The notes beneath the pieces were generated by a model. It was not told the DNA's origin, searched no databases, and worked only from the letters and a program-made list of their open reading frames with translations. This document shows, one piece after another, positions 10,583 through 19,948 of a DNA stretch of 35,838 bases (positions are counted from its first letter, which is position 1; the number at the start of each line of letters is the position of its first letter). The stretch spans positions 1 through 35,838 of the forward strand of contig JAFEEV010000222.1 of the NCBI GenBank assembly GCA_018240935.1. The letters are read 5' to 3'. A program made the position numbers and the translations under genes. This stretch comes from Pseudomonadota bacterium (GTDB lineage Bacteria; Pseudomonadota; Gammaproteobacteria; Burkholderiales; Nitrosomonadaceae).

Positions 10583-10840
10583 CTAACGAAATTTGGCAAG
10601 ATAATCATCTAAAGCCGCCAAATCGAGAAAATAGTGGCAAATTTCCTGACGGGTAAACGAAGATAGCAGGACAGGAATCTTATCGCCGTAACGCGCCGCC
10701 AGTTCCGGATCGGAATCGATATCGACAACCTGAAAATCAAACGACACTTGCGCTTGCAAATTCCGCAGCGCAAGTATCATATCCTGGCAAAGATCACACG
10801 CTTCCCGGCCGTATACGATCAATTGTCTCGCTTGATCCAT
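10583..10840 (-). CDS. Glutaredoxin-like protein (DUF836 type)
   Basis: CDLC motif, VDIDSDPEL...YGDKIPVL; usual position between degP and lepA. Confidence 0.85.
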   Translation of the reverse strand: MDQARQLIVYGREACDLCQDMILALRNLQAQVSFDFQVVDIDSDPELAARYGDKIPVLLSSFTRQEICHYFLDLAALDDYLAKFR

Positions 10841-10841
10841 A

Positions 10842-12257
10842 TCATTCTTTCTTGTCATCGTCGCTCAGCTTCATAGTGATGAACGTTGTGACATCGCCTC
10901 TTTTCACAAGCAAGGCGATATTTTTCCCGCTTTTGGTCTGATTCAGCAATTCATTAAATTGCTCAACCGTTTTCACATCTTTACTGTTTAAACCAAGAAT
11001 AATATCGCCGATGCGAATTCCGGAACGGCTGGCGATACCCGGCTGCATGTCTTCGACCAGCAAGCCGCTGGTAATCTCCAGCTGTTTCTGCTGCTCTTCG
11101 GTGATTTCACTTAACGCCAACCCCAGGCGATTCGACGCATTCTGTTTTTTTCCCGGTTTGTTTTTACGGTTTTCCGCCGCATCATCGGAAGGCGTTTCTC
11201 CGACCTCGACTGTAACGTTTTTCAAAGCGCCGTCTCGCCAAACTTCAATCGACACCTTGGATTTGGGTTTGGTATTGCCGACGATGCGCGGCAAATCCGC
11301 AGAAGTGGCAACCTCTTTTTCATCAAACTTCACGACAATATCGCGCGCCTTGATTCCCGCTTGATCGGCAGGTCCGCCTTTTTCCACCGATACGACCAGC
11401 GCGCCCTTACTGTCCGACAAACCGAAGGATTCCGCAAGCTCTTTGGTTACTTCCTGAATCATGACGCCGATTCTTCCCCGGCTTACTTTGCCGTTGGCCT
11501 TCAGTTGATCCGCAATTTCAGTCGCAACATTAATCGGTATGGCAAACGACAATCCCATAAATCCGCCCGTCCGGCTGTAAATCTGGGAATTGATCCCGAC
11601 CACTTCACCGCGCATATTGAATAACGGACCGCCGGAGTTCCCCGGATTGATCGCCACATCGGTTTGTATAAACGGCACATAATTTTCCTGTGCCAGAGAA
11701 CGGCCTTTCGCGCTCACGATACCGGCTGTCACACTATGTTCGAAACCGAACGGCGAGCCGATCGCCACTACCCATTCACCGACCCTGAGATTTTCCGGAT
11801 TTCCCTGCGTGGCTTTGGGCAAGCCGGTTGCATTGATTTTAATTAAGGCAATATCGGTTTTCCGGTCGGTGCCGACGATCTCAGCGGCAAACTCGCGCTT
11901 GTCATTCAGCTTTACCGTGATCTGATCCGCCGTTTCGACAACATGCGCGTTGGTCAGGATATAGCCATCCGAACTAATGATAAAACCGGACCCCAAAGAT
12001 TTCGGTTCGGATTTCCTCGGCGCCGGGAATGGCTGCATATGGCGCTTAAAAAAATCATAAAACGGCGAGTTTTCCGGAATACCCGGCATTTCCGGCAGCA
12101 TCTGGCTGCTCACTGTATTTGCATTCTGCACAGCGCTGATATTCACTACCGCGGCCCCATGGTTTTCCACCAACCCGGTAAAATCCGGCAGCTGGCCGGT
12201 TTGTGCGAGCGCTGATGAAGTGTACAAAAACAATAAAATTACTATCAATCGAAGCAT
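10842..12257 (-). CDS. degP: DegP/DegQ (MucD-like) periplasmic serine endoprotease with two PDZ domains
   Basis: Signal peptide, LTNAHVV, TDIAL, INPGNSGGPL; located downstream of rseB. Confidence 0.93.
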   Translation of the reverse strand: MLRLIVILLFLYTSSALAQTGQLPDFTGLVENHGAAVVNISAVQNANTVSSQMLPEMPGIPENSPFYDFFKRHMQPFPAPRKSEPKSLGSGFIISSDGYILTNAHVVETADQITVKLNDKREFAAEIVGTDRKTDIALIKINATGLPKATQGNPENLRVGEWVVAIGSPFGFEHSVTAGIVSAKGRSLAQENYVPFIQTDVAINPGNSGGPLFNMRGEVVGINSQIYSRTGGFMGLSFAIPINVATEIADQLKANGKVSRGRIGVMIQEVTKELAESFGLSDSKGALVVSVEKGGPADQAGIKARDIVVKFDEKEVATSADLPRIVGNTKPKSKVSIEVWRDGALKNVTVEVGETPSDDAAENRKNKPGKKQNASNRLGLALSEITEEQQKQLEITSGLLVEDMQPGIASRSGIRIGDIILGLNSKDVKTVEQFNELLNQTKSGKNIALLVKRGDVTTFITMKLSDDDKKE

Positions 12258-12406
12258 GATTTTGTCCTTACTTTACGTTGTGCAGCAATATGCATAACTC
12301 TTTCTATCTGTGAACCGGGGAAATGTTCAATTCTTGCTGGTGAATAAATTTGGAAAGCCGGGGAGTTTTGCAAGTTTAAAGTTTAGTATGCTTTAACTTG
12401 CGGAAA

Positions 12407-13402
12407 TTAATTTTTTTTAACAACAGAGTCGCCTATCAGTTTAATTGTTTCCAACGGAACTTCACCGACCGTTGTTATTTTATTATCGTCGAGCGTGCGA
12501 ACATAAATATTGATGGCGCCGCGACTGGTAAAAAAGCCAGGAACCGGTGACGGCGCGTCCTTGCTAATCGGTTCAATAAAAACGGAAACTGTCGCTAGCC
12601 CGTCGGATACCGCGATATGATCGACCAGCGCGGTTTTTTCAACTAAGTTGCGCTTCATTTCAACCAATTTCTTGAATCCGGCAGGCAGACTCTTGATTTG
12701 CCACTGTAACTCACCTTCATTTAAAATCGAAGTCAGCAGGTTTGTCGTCTTCCAGTCATCCGCAATCAATGTTTGACCCGGTTTTAATTGGCTGGAATCG
12801 ATTTCCCTATCGATTTCCAGTTGTGCGAAAGCAAATTGCTCAATGATTTGGCTGCCGTTGACGACGGCCGCTTTAACGGGTACGCCTGTCTTAGTGTCAA
12901 TCCAAAATTGATACCCGTAGCGGAAGGAATCTCTCGGTATTAGAGACAGAACTTGGCATTCATAGTCTGAAACCCGCTCTTGTCCGGCTTCCTTGACGTA
13001 GTAATTCCTGTCAACGTCATCCAGCGGAAATGGGAGAATATCAGGAAAAAATTTACGAAACCAACGTTTCTCAGTAAATATTTTTTTACTTTCCGGCAGA
13101 TAACATTGCATTTCATCGTTGTTACGAAAAACAATGCGCGGCGATCCATCTAAAACTTCAATCCTTTCACGCTCACCGGTTTGATCAGTCTTGTGCACAA
13201 TGCGCGATGTTTCCACATGTCCATCGGCATAATATACGAATGTTCCGGAATAATTGTGCCGGCGCGGGGCGTCAGCCATTATTTTTAACCAGTCAAGCGC
13301 GCTTTCCGTTGAGCGAGATAATTCTTGTGCGCATGCTGTTTGAAAACTGATTGCCGCTAATAAAAACAGCGAAAACAGCGCGAATATTCTGCGGCTCATC
13401 AT
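12407..13402 (-). CDS. rseB: Sigma-E regulator RseB/MucB
   Basis: Signal peptide, NYSGTFVY, LDGSPR, SDGLATVSVFIE, VGEVP. Confidence 0.94.
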   Translation of the reverse strand: MMSRRIFALFSLFLLAAISFQTACAQELSRSTESALDWLKIMADAPRRHNYSGTFVYYADGHVETSRIVHKTDQTGERERIEVLDGSPRIVFRNNDEMQCYLPESKKIFTEKRWFRKFFPDILPFPLDDVDRNYYVKEAGQERVSDYECQVLSLIPRDSFRYGYQFWIDTKTGVPVKAAVVNGSQIIEQFAFAQLEIDREIDSSQLKPGQTLIADDWKTTNLLTSILNEGELQWQIKSLPAGFKKLVEMKRNLVEKTALVDHIAVSDGLATVSVFIEPISKDAPSPVPGFFTSRGAINIYVRTLDDNKITTVGEVPLETIKLIGDSVVKKN

Positions 13403-13950
13403 CTCCCATATCTTTCGTGGTATTCCGTCACGTTATTGACGTTGGTAACTTGACCATTCATTGTGACTCCTGGAGAAAACTCACGGTGCACAAAAAGGTA
13501 GTCATTCATTTCGACGGGAGGATGAGAATAATTGTGGATCAAGGGAGGGGAAGAAACTACTATAGGGGAGGCGGTTAGGGTGTCACGTTTGGATTGTTCC
13601 GCCACGACTATCTGCTGGGGCTTATATAAATTATGCATAATCACCCACCCCGAGATCATCGCGATTATCGAGGCAGCCATCGAAAACGCCAAGACTTTAT
13701 GATTTTGTTTTCTTTCTGTGGTGCGGGATATATTGGGAGAGAGGACAGTCGGCTCGGTTTTTAGCTTCTGACTAACACCGGAAGCAATATTCATTGATAA
13801 TCGTGAGGATTGCCGTAACGCATCACCGATCAAATGATACGTTTTCCACTCATCACGCAATTCGTTATCTTTTTTTATCGCTTCAATAATAACTGAAACG
13901 TCTTGTTGATCAAGTTCACCATCCATTAATGCAGATACTTTACTTTTCAC
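13399..13950 (-). CDS. rseA: Anti-sigma-E factor RseA/MucA
   Basis: SALMDGEL, W..YHLIGDALR, a single TM segment; GTG start next to the rpoE stop. Confidence 0.94.
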   Translation of the reverse strand: MKSKVSALMDGELDQQDVSVIIEAIKKDNELRDEWKTYHLIGDALRQSSRLSMNIASGVSQKLKTEPTVLSPNISRTTERKQNHKVLAFSMAASIIAMISGWVIMHNLYKPQQIVVAEQSKRDTLTASPIVVSSPPLIHNYSHPPVEMNDYLFVHREFSPGVTMNGQVTNVNNVTEYHERYGR

Positions 13951-13951
13951 G

Positions 13952-14551
13952 TTACCACCTCTTGTCTTTACTTGTCCCTAGCAAAGGACGCAACTGTTCG
14001 GATATCGCTTCTCGTGCGCGAAATATACGTGAACGCACGGTCCCTATGGGACAACTCATAATATTGGCAATTTCTTCATAACTTAATCCGTCAATTTCCC
14101 TCAAAACAATCGCGGTTCGCAATTCTTCAGGCAACGAATCGAGTGTCTGATTAACTGTTTGAGCAATTTCTTGGCTCATCAGTTCACTTTCGGGCGTATT
14201 CATTTCCTTCAGCAAACCGCTATCTTCAAAATCTTCAGCATCCTCATTGTCGAATCCCTGCAATGTCGGAAGCTTGCGTCCTTGAGATACTAGAAAATTC
14301 TTTGCTGTATTAATACCAATCCGGTATAGCCATGTATAAAAAGCACTATCCCCACGGAATGAAGGTAAGGCTCTATACGCCTTAATAAAAGCTTCTTGCG
14401 TCACATCCTCAACTTCGGCCGCGTCGCGTATGAACTGCGATAATAAGCGCGCTAGCTTTCGTTGATATTTAATGACTAGTAGATCAAATGCATGCTTATC
14501 TCCGCCTTGAACTCGTTCTACTAACTGTTGATCGATTTCCCGATCCCCCAT
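13952..14551 (-). CDS. rpoE: ECF sigma factor RpoE/AlgU
   Basis: DQQLVERVQ.GDK.AFDLLV.KYQ, FRGDSAFYTWLYRI, CPIGTVRSRIFRAREAI. Confidence 0.97.
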   Translation of the reverse strand: MGDREIDQQLVERVQGGDKHAFDLLVIKYQRKLARLLSQFIRDAAEVEDVTQEAFIKAYRALPSFRGDSAFYTWLYRIGINTAKNFLVSQGRKLPTLQGFDNEDAEDFEDSGLLKEMNTPESELMSQEIAQTVNQTLDSLPEELRTAIVLREIDGLSYEEIANIMSCPIGTVRSRIFRAREAISEQLRPLLGTSKDKRW

Positions 14552-14690
14552 ACAACTTGGTCCCTGAGCATTTTGAATAAATTTAAATTTACTCTTGTTC
14601 TGTTATTAAATGTTGCATAATGGCGTAACAGAATAAGTATACATATCCAAATGAATCTCGGAAACCTGTAATGGCATCGCAATCGTTTCA

Positions 14691-14718
14691 AAGACAATTA
14701 ATCCTATCAATTAGTTCA
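14691..14718 (-). promoter_or_regulatory. Possible sigma-E-dependent autoregulatory promoter of rpoE
   Basis: Minus strand reads TGAACTA-16nt-GTCTT, resembling the GAACTT-N16/17-TCT sigma-E consensus. Confidence 0.35.
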
Positions 14719-14817
14719 CAATTCAGCTTTTTGACTTTAAAAAAATAAAACCAATGCGTGATTTTGCATTTGCTATTTTTTTTAACCCATCAATTTTAAA
14801 AATATAAACTCAGCTTA

Positions 14818-16413
14818 ATGTCCAACAACAATTTCGATACCTTGATTATCGGCAGCGGACTGGCCGGATTTACACTGGCTTTGCATTTGGCGCAATACAA
14901 AAAGATCTGTATAGTCACTAAACAAACTGCTGATTCAGGCGCCAGTTCTTGGGCGCAAGGCGGAATTGCAGCGGCATTATCAACCAACGATTCTCCAGCA
15001 AATCATGTGCACGATACATTAGTCGCTGGAGCCGGTTTATGTGATGAGGAAGTCACCCGATATGTCGCCGAGAATGCAGCCAATGCAATCCAATGGTTGA
15101 TAAGACAAGGCGTTATTTTCACCAGCGACCGGACGAGTGAAACGGGATATCACCTGACGAAAGAAGGCGGTCACAGCATAAGGCGCATCATCCACAGCGG
15201 TGATGCAACGGGCAAAGCTGTTCAGCAAGCCCTAATCCAGAAAATACGGAATCATCCGAACATATCGGTACTAGAACATCATATAGCCATTGATCTGATA
15301 ACCAGCGACAAATTACCCGGTTATGCAAATCTGAAGCAAAAACGATGTTTTGGCGCTTATATCCTGAACAAGAAAAAAGATAAAGTACTGACATTCACCG
15401 CGCAAAATACAGTACTCGCGACCGGAGGGGCCAGTAAAGTTTATTTATATACCACCAATCCGGATACAGCCACAGGTGATGGCATCGCGATGGGGTGGCG
15501 CGCCGGCTGCCAGATTGCCAATATGGAATTCATCCAGTTCCATCCGACATGTCTCTATCATCCGCACGCAAAATCGTTCCTGATCAGCGAAGCCGTGCGC
15601 GGCGAAGGCGGTTTATTGAAATTACCTAATGGTGAGCGTTTCATGCTGCACCACGATCCGCGTGCCGAACTGGCGCCGCGCGATATTGTCGCTCGCGCCA
15701 TCGACTTTGAAATGAAAAAAAGAGGACTGGACTGCGTCTATCTGGACATATCCCATAAACCGGCCGGTTTCTTGCAAGAACATTTCCCAACTATTTACGC
15801 CCGTTGCCTGGAATTAGGCATCGACATCACCCGGGAACCCATTCCGGTCGTACCGGCAGCACACTATACTTGCGGCGGGGTGGTTACTGACAAGCATGGC
15901 AAAACCGGTCTCGACAATCTGTATGCTATCGGAGAGACCGCGCATACCGGATTACACGGTGCAAACCGCTTAGCCAGCAATTCCTTGCTCGAATGCCTGG
16001 TACTGGCGCAAGCAGCCGGTAATGATATCGTCAATCAACCGGCGAATGGATTACCTCACCTTCCTGACTGGGATGAAAGCCGGGTTACGGATGCGGATGA
16101 AGAAATTGTCATCGCGCATAACTGGGATGAACTGCGCCGTTTTATGTGGAATTATGTCGGTATTGTGCGCACAACCAAACGATTGCAGCGTGCGCAGCAC
16201 CGCATTGCGCTATTACACGAAGAAATCAATGAATACTACACAAACTTCCGCGTCAGCAGTGATTTGTTAGAGCTGCGCAACCTTGTCGATAGCGCCGATC
16301 TCATCGTGCGATCCGCCATGCTGCGTCATGAAAGCCGGGGATTGCATTACAGCAAGGATTACCCGGATACGTTACCGGTAGCGCAAAATACAATACTGCA
16401 AAGGGAAATTTAG
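14818..16413 (+). CDS. nadB: L-aspartate oxidase
   Basis: [45 protein letters not shown]; divergent from rpoE. Confidence 0.97.
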   Translation: MSNNNFDTLIIGSGLAGFTLALHLAQYKKICIVTKQTADSGASSWAQGGIAAALSTNDSPANHVHDTLVAGAGLCDEEVTRYVAENAANAIQWLIRQGVIFTSDRTSETGYHLTKEGGHSIRRIIHSGDATGKAVQQALIQKIRNHPNISVLEHHIAIDLITSDKLPGYANLKQKRCFGAYILNKKKDKVLTFTAQNTVLATGGASKVYLYTTNPDTATGDGIAMGWRAGCQIANMEFIQFHPTCLYHPHAKSFLISEAVRGEGGLLKLPNGERFMLHHDPRAELAPRDIVARAIDFEMKKRGLDCVYLDISHKPAGFLQEHFPTIYARCLELGIDITREPIPVVPAAHYTCGGVVTDKHGKTGLDNLYAIGETAHTGLHGANRLASNSLLECLVLAQAAGNDIVNQPANGLPHLPDWDESRVTDADEEIVIAHNWDELRRFMWNYVGIVRTTKRLQRAQHRIALLHEEINEYYTNFRVSSDLLELRNLVDSADLIVRSAMLRHESRGLHYSKDYPDTLPVAQNTILQREI

Positions 16414-16445
16414 AAACGAACCGGAAGAGAATATTCTTTTCAACC

Positions 16446-16471
16446 GCCTAAGCCGGTAAACCGGCTCAGGC
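16446..16471. terminator. GC-rich hairpin between convergent genes
   Basis: GCCT-A-AGCCGGT-AA-ACCGGCT-C-AGGC; no strong U tract. Confidence 0.45.
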
Positions 16472-16506
16472 TCAGACTAAAACAAGATGGTGCTATCTTT
16501 TAAAGA

Positions 16507-16785
16507 TTAACTGCATTTTCCTGTTTCAGAACCATCACTCTTGGTTTCCGTACCATCGTCTTTCACGCAGGAATTCTGGCAGACACCTGATTTTTTACAT
16601 GACTTTCCAGCCGGAAGGCTCTTTTTATCAATACAGGTCCCATCAACCAAATAGCAAACTTGGTTTGCGCCACAAGCAGATTTTCCATCTTTTTCAGTAT
16701 CCAGACTACAGGCGGCAAAAGCATGGCTGCTAGCAAACACCATTACAAGAACCAATATCAATGCATTAACAGTTCTTTTAAGCAT
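16507..16785 (-). CDS. Small exported 8-cysteine protein
   Basis: Strong RBS AAGGAGAGG, Sec signal ending AFA, 8 Cys in a 68-aa mature region. Confidence 0.85.
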   Translation of the reverse strand: MLKRTVNALILVLVMVFASSHAFAACSLDTEKDGKSACGANQVCYLVDGTCIDKKSLPAGKSCKKSGVCQNSCVKDDGTETKSDGSETGKCS

Positions 16786-17016
16786 ATTTCCTCTCCTTTT
16801 TAATTGATCAATAAACCCCTTCTTGCATTGTCAGAATAGCAGAAAATTTTTCCATCGAGTGGAAATTGTTTCCACCGCTTGTATCAGAAAACACCTCACA
16901 ATCAATTACAAACCGGCCTTGAACATCATCTTCCGGCACTTGAAAAGCAAAAAATATCCATTAACCACAGCAAGTTATGCCATATATTTATTTTGTCCGC
17001 AGTACCCCCCGAAGAT

Positions 17017-17460
17017 CTATCGCTTCTCCCGTTCATTCTTCCATTTCCACTGCAACCAAATCCGTAGCCGCCTGAATTCCTCCGCATCAATGCTATCCGG
17101 TAATATCACTACACTGCGCATAAAAAATTGCTCAACCGGCTGCAAGTTGATTACGGTAAGGTAGGGAGCAACAAAAGTGTTATCCGATAGGTTGCAGGTC
17201 ATCGATTGGCCGGAGCGCGCGATCAGAGTGCATGACATTTCTTCCGTTAACGTCAAAGCCACGACTGCATCATGCGCAGTAAGCAACGCATCTTTGCGCA
17301 AATAATAGATCAGGCTGACGATCAGCAAAATAGCGATCGCCGCTTTCACGCCCGGCGGCAGCGCCAACGGCCATAATACGAGGCCGGCAGCGGCATGAGC
17401 AAGACCGAGCAGCACCGCAAGATAATAGGAAGGCTGGAGGCGAATCAGTAAATCGGACAT
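17017..17460 (-). CDS. ygfX: YgfX-family inner-membrane protein
   Basis: L.PS N-terminus, two TM segments, C-terminal ILPDS...EEFRRLRIWL; divergent from ygfZ. Confidence 0.82.
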   Translation of the reverse strand: MSDLLIRLQPSYYLAVLLGLAHAAAGLVLWPLALPPGVKAAIAILLIVSLIYYLRKDALLTAHDAVVALTLTEEMSCTLIARSGQSMTCNLSDNTFVAPYLTVINLQPVEQFFMRSVVILPDSIDAEEFRRLRIWLQWKWKNEREKR

Positions 17461-17592
17461 AAACTGCCTGTTTATCCTTCAAGATTTCAGCAAGCAATAT
17501 TTGCCGCCTGATAGCGAAGCCCATCTCTGGCAATGCACTCGCTCTGACCGGTATCGTATAATCATCGCCCTTTAACTCATTCGTCGTTTTGT

Positions 17593-18654
17593 ATGAACCC
17601 AGCCTGGCAAACCTTTTTATGCGATCATCACGCCGTTATTGAAAATCATAGCGTCATTCACTTTGGCGATAGCGCAGCGGAACTTCAAAATACACGAACC
17701 GCCACTGCTGTATTGGCCGATCTTTCGCATTACAGTCTCATTCGCTTTTCCGGAGAAGATGCAAAAACCTTTTTGCAAGGCCAGCTTACTTGCGATATCC
17801 GGGAAATTAATCCGCACAAGGCGCAATACGGCAGTTACTGCACCCCCAAGGGCCGGATCCTGGCCACTTTTCTGCTCTGGCAACAAGGCGATGATTTTCT
17901 GATGCAATTGCCCGCCAGTTTAGCCTCCGCCATTCAAAAACGATTGTCGATGTTCGTGTTGCGCGCAAAAGTAACATTAACGGACGTAAGCAATTATTGG
18001 ATTCGCATCGGCATCGCAGGACCGCGTGCCGCCGCGCTGATTGACACTATCACCGGCACTCCAAGCAACTTCAGTCAATCGTTGCAAGTCATGCACGAAA
18101 AAGAAATCAGCATTCTTTATCTTTCTCAGCAACGCATCCAATTGATCACAACGCTTGGAAATGCCCCCGAGTTCTGGAGCCGCTTGAGTCAACACGCAAC
18201 AGCGACCGGCGCCGGATGCTGGGATTGGTTAACCATCGCAGCCGGAATCCCGGTTATTTTGCCTGAAACCCAGGAAATGTTTCTGCCGCAGATGATCAAT
18301 CTGGATGCAATCGGCGGCGTGAGCTTTAAAAAAGGCTGCTATCCGGGGCAGGAAATTGTGGCGCGCACGCAATATCTCGGCAAACTCAAGCGCCGCATGT
18401 TTCTGGCGCATATCGATACAGCGCAGGCCGTCACAGCGGGTGATCCGCTGTATAGCAGCGATATGCAAGATCAATCCAGCGGCAATATCGTCAATGCAGC
18501 GTTAGCGCCGCAAGGCGGTTTTGATGTTTTGGCCGTAATCCAGCAAAGCAGCGCCAGCACCTGCCGGATTCATTGGCAATCACCGCAGGGAGCGGCGTTA
18601 GAAATCAAATCCCTGCCCTATCCGTTACCGGATTCAATAGCAACGGCCGGCTGA
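17593..18654 (+). CDS. ygfZ: Folate-binding Fe-S/tRNA-modification protein YgfZ
   Basis: DAKTFLQGQLTCD and the signature KGCYPGQE motif. Confidence 0.95.
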   Translation: MNPAWQTFLCDHHAVIENHSVIHFGDSAAELQNTRTATAVLADLSHYSLIRFSGEDAKTFLQGQLTCDIREINPHKAQYGSYCTPKGRILATFLLWQQGDDFLMQLPASLASAIQKRLSMFVLRAKVTLTDVSNYWIRIGIAGPRAAALIDTITGTPSNFSQSLQVMHEKEISILYLSQQRIQLITTLGNAPEFWSRLSQHATATGAGCWDWLTIAAGIPVILPETQEMFLPQMINLDAIGGVSFKKGCYPGQEIVARTQYLGKLKRRMFLAHIDTAQAVTAGDPLYSSDMQDQSSGNIVNAALAPQGGFDVLAVIQQSSASTCRIHWQSPQGAALEIKSLPYPLPDSIATAG

Positions 18655-18676
18655 TGCAGCCTATGAGAATGCGTTT

Positions 18677-19381
18677 TTATTGCTCCCGATCTTCCGGCAC
18701 GTGCTGCTTGTCATGGGAAAAATTCAAATTGTCCGGCGCGTTGGTGCCGCCCGTGACCACGAATGTCATCGCTTCTTCCGTCGTCCAGTCCGTCAATATC
18801 ACGTCCTCCATCGGTAAAATTTCAATGTAACCGGATGTCGGATTGGGTGCGGTCGGCACATAAACCGCGGCGAGCTTTTTCCCGCTGCCTTTATCCGTCA
18901 TGACTTTGGTGATAAATCCGACCACCTTCATTTGCGACGATGGAAAACTAATCAGCACAACGCGCTGCCCGGTAACGGGCGGTTGGCTGATGGTATGCAG
19001 GAAACGCTTGGTGGCGCCATAAATCGTTTGCACCAAGGGCAACCGCGCCAGAATATATTCATAGATGCCGATGACTTTCTTGCCAATCACAAAAGATGCC
19101 AGCAACCCGATGCCATAGAGACTCACGATGGTTAGCAACGCAGCCACGGCTTGCTGAAAATGAGAATCGAGCAACCAACTGGCCGTGGTGTCCGAGAACG
19201 GCCGGACGGCCCGCGCCATTCCTTTGAGCAGGGGATCGCCGATCTGCGCCAATAAATTCAATAAAAAATCAAATACCAGCCATGTCACCCACAACGGCGC
19301 CACCGTAAGAAAGCCTATCAGTATATAGCGGCCCAGATGAGCGGAACGCGGGGGATGGTGTTCATTACTCTCGGTTGACAT
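18677..19381 (-). CDS. DUF502 family membrane protein
   Basis: RLPLVQTIY and VYVPTAPNPTSGY motifs; N-terminal TM segments. Confidence 0.9.
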   Translation of the reverse strand: MSTESNEHHPPRSAHLGRYILIGFLTVAPLWVTWLVFDFLLNLLAQIGDPLLKGMARAVRPFSDTTASWLLDSHFQQAVAALLTIVSLYGIGLLASFVIGKKVIGIYEYILARLPLVQTIYGATKRFLHTISQPPVTGQRVVLISFPSSQMKVVGFITKVMTDKGSGKKLAAVYVPTAPNPTSGYIEILPMEDVILTDWTTEEAMTFVVTGGTNAPDNLNFSHDKQHVPEDREQ

Positions 19382-19751
19382 GTTGTAATTTTTCTCCAGC
19401 GAGATTTACGTAATCGATTCTTTATTTTCTTCCGGTCAAGAAGCGCCAGCCGCCTGCAAACCGCTCGCGGGCAGAAGGGCATAAGACGGGCTATGATAAT
19501 ATTTTTTTGCGCGAAACCGGTACAAATATTAGAAATATCATATACTGGCACGGCAGCGGTGTTCTTGGTAGAATCGCCGGGGCCGTTGCAGTAATTTCTG
19601 ACATAGATCGACTGGCATTGAACATGCACTACCCATAAAACTGTTTTCATTGGCTGCAGAAAAATTTTGGTCAATGCACACTCCAGAAAAACCAAAACCA
19701 CCTGCAGAAAACAACGTCGTCTCATGCAGAAAAAATGAATCGATAAACCAA

Positions 19752-19891
19752 GGAAGCTCTGAAAAAGGTAGCGAGCGACGGTCAGGCAAGGCGAAATTAG
19801 GTGAAAAAACGCAGTTTACAAGGTGTAAATGAGCATTTTGAGTCTGATTTCAACACAGCATGATCGAGCGCGGTAGTTTTTCAGAGCTTCC
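19752..19891. mobile_element. MITE family A, copy 4 (140 bp)
   Basis: Perfect TIR GGAAGCTCTGAAAAA; flanks CCAA/CTAA (one mismatch); same orientation as copy 2. Confidence 0.92.
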
Positions 19892-19948
19892 CTAAAAATC
19901 ACGCTGATACCATTCGAGTGTACTTTATAAGATTGAAAAGGGATCGTT

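Noticed and set aside
12258-12406. Internal sigma-E promoter for degP, and absence of rseC
   Set aside because: Only weak matches (AAACTT-17nt-TCCAA) were found; lack of rseC/mucC is common in betaproteobacteria.
17460-17593. Missing or remnant sdhE (ygfY) between ygfX and ygfZ
   Set aside because: Only 132 bp with no RGxxE motif. In betaproteobacteria sdhE normally lies with the sdh/gltA genes, so its absence here is expected.
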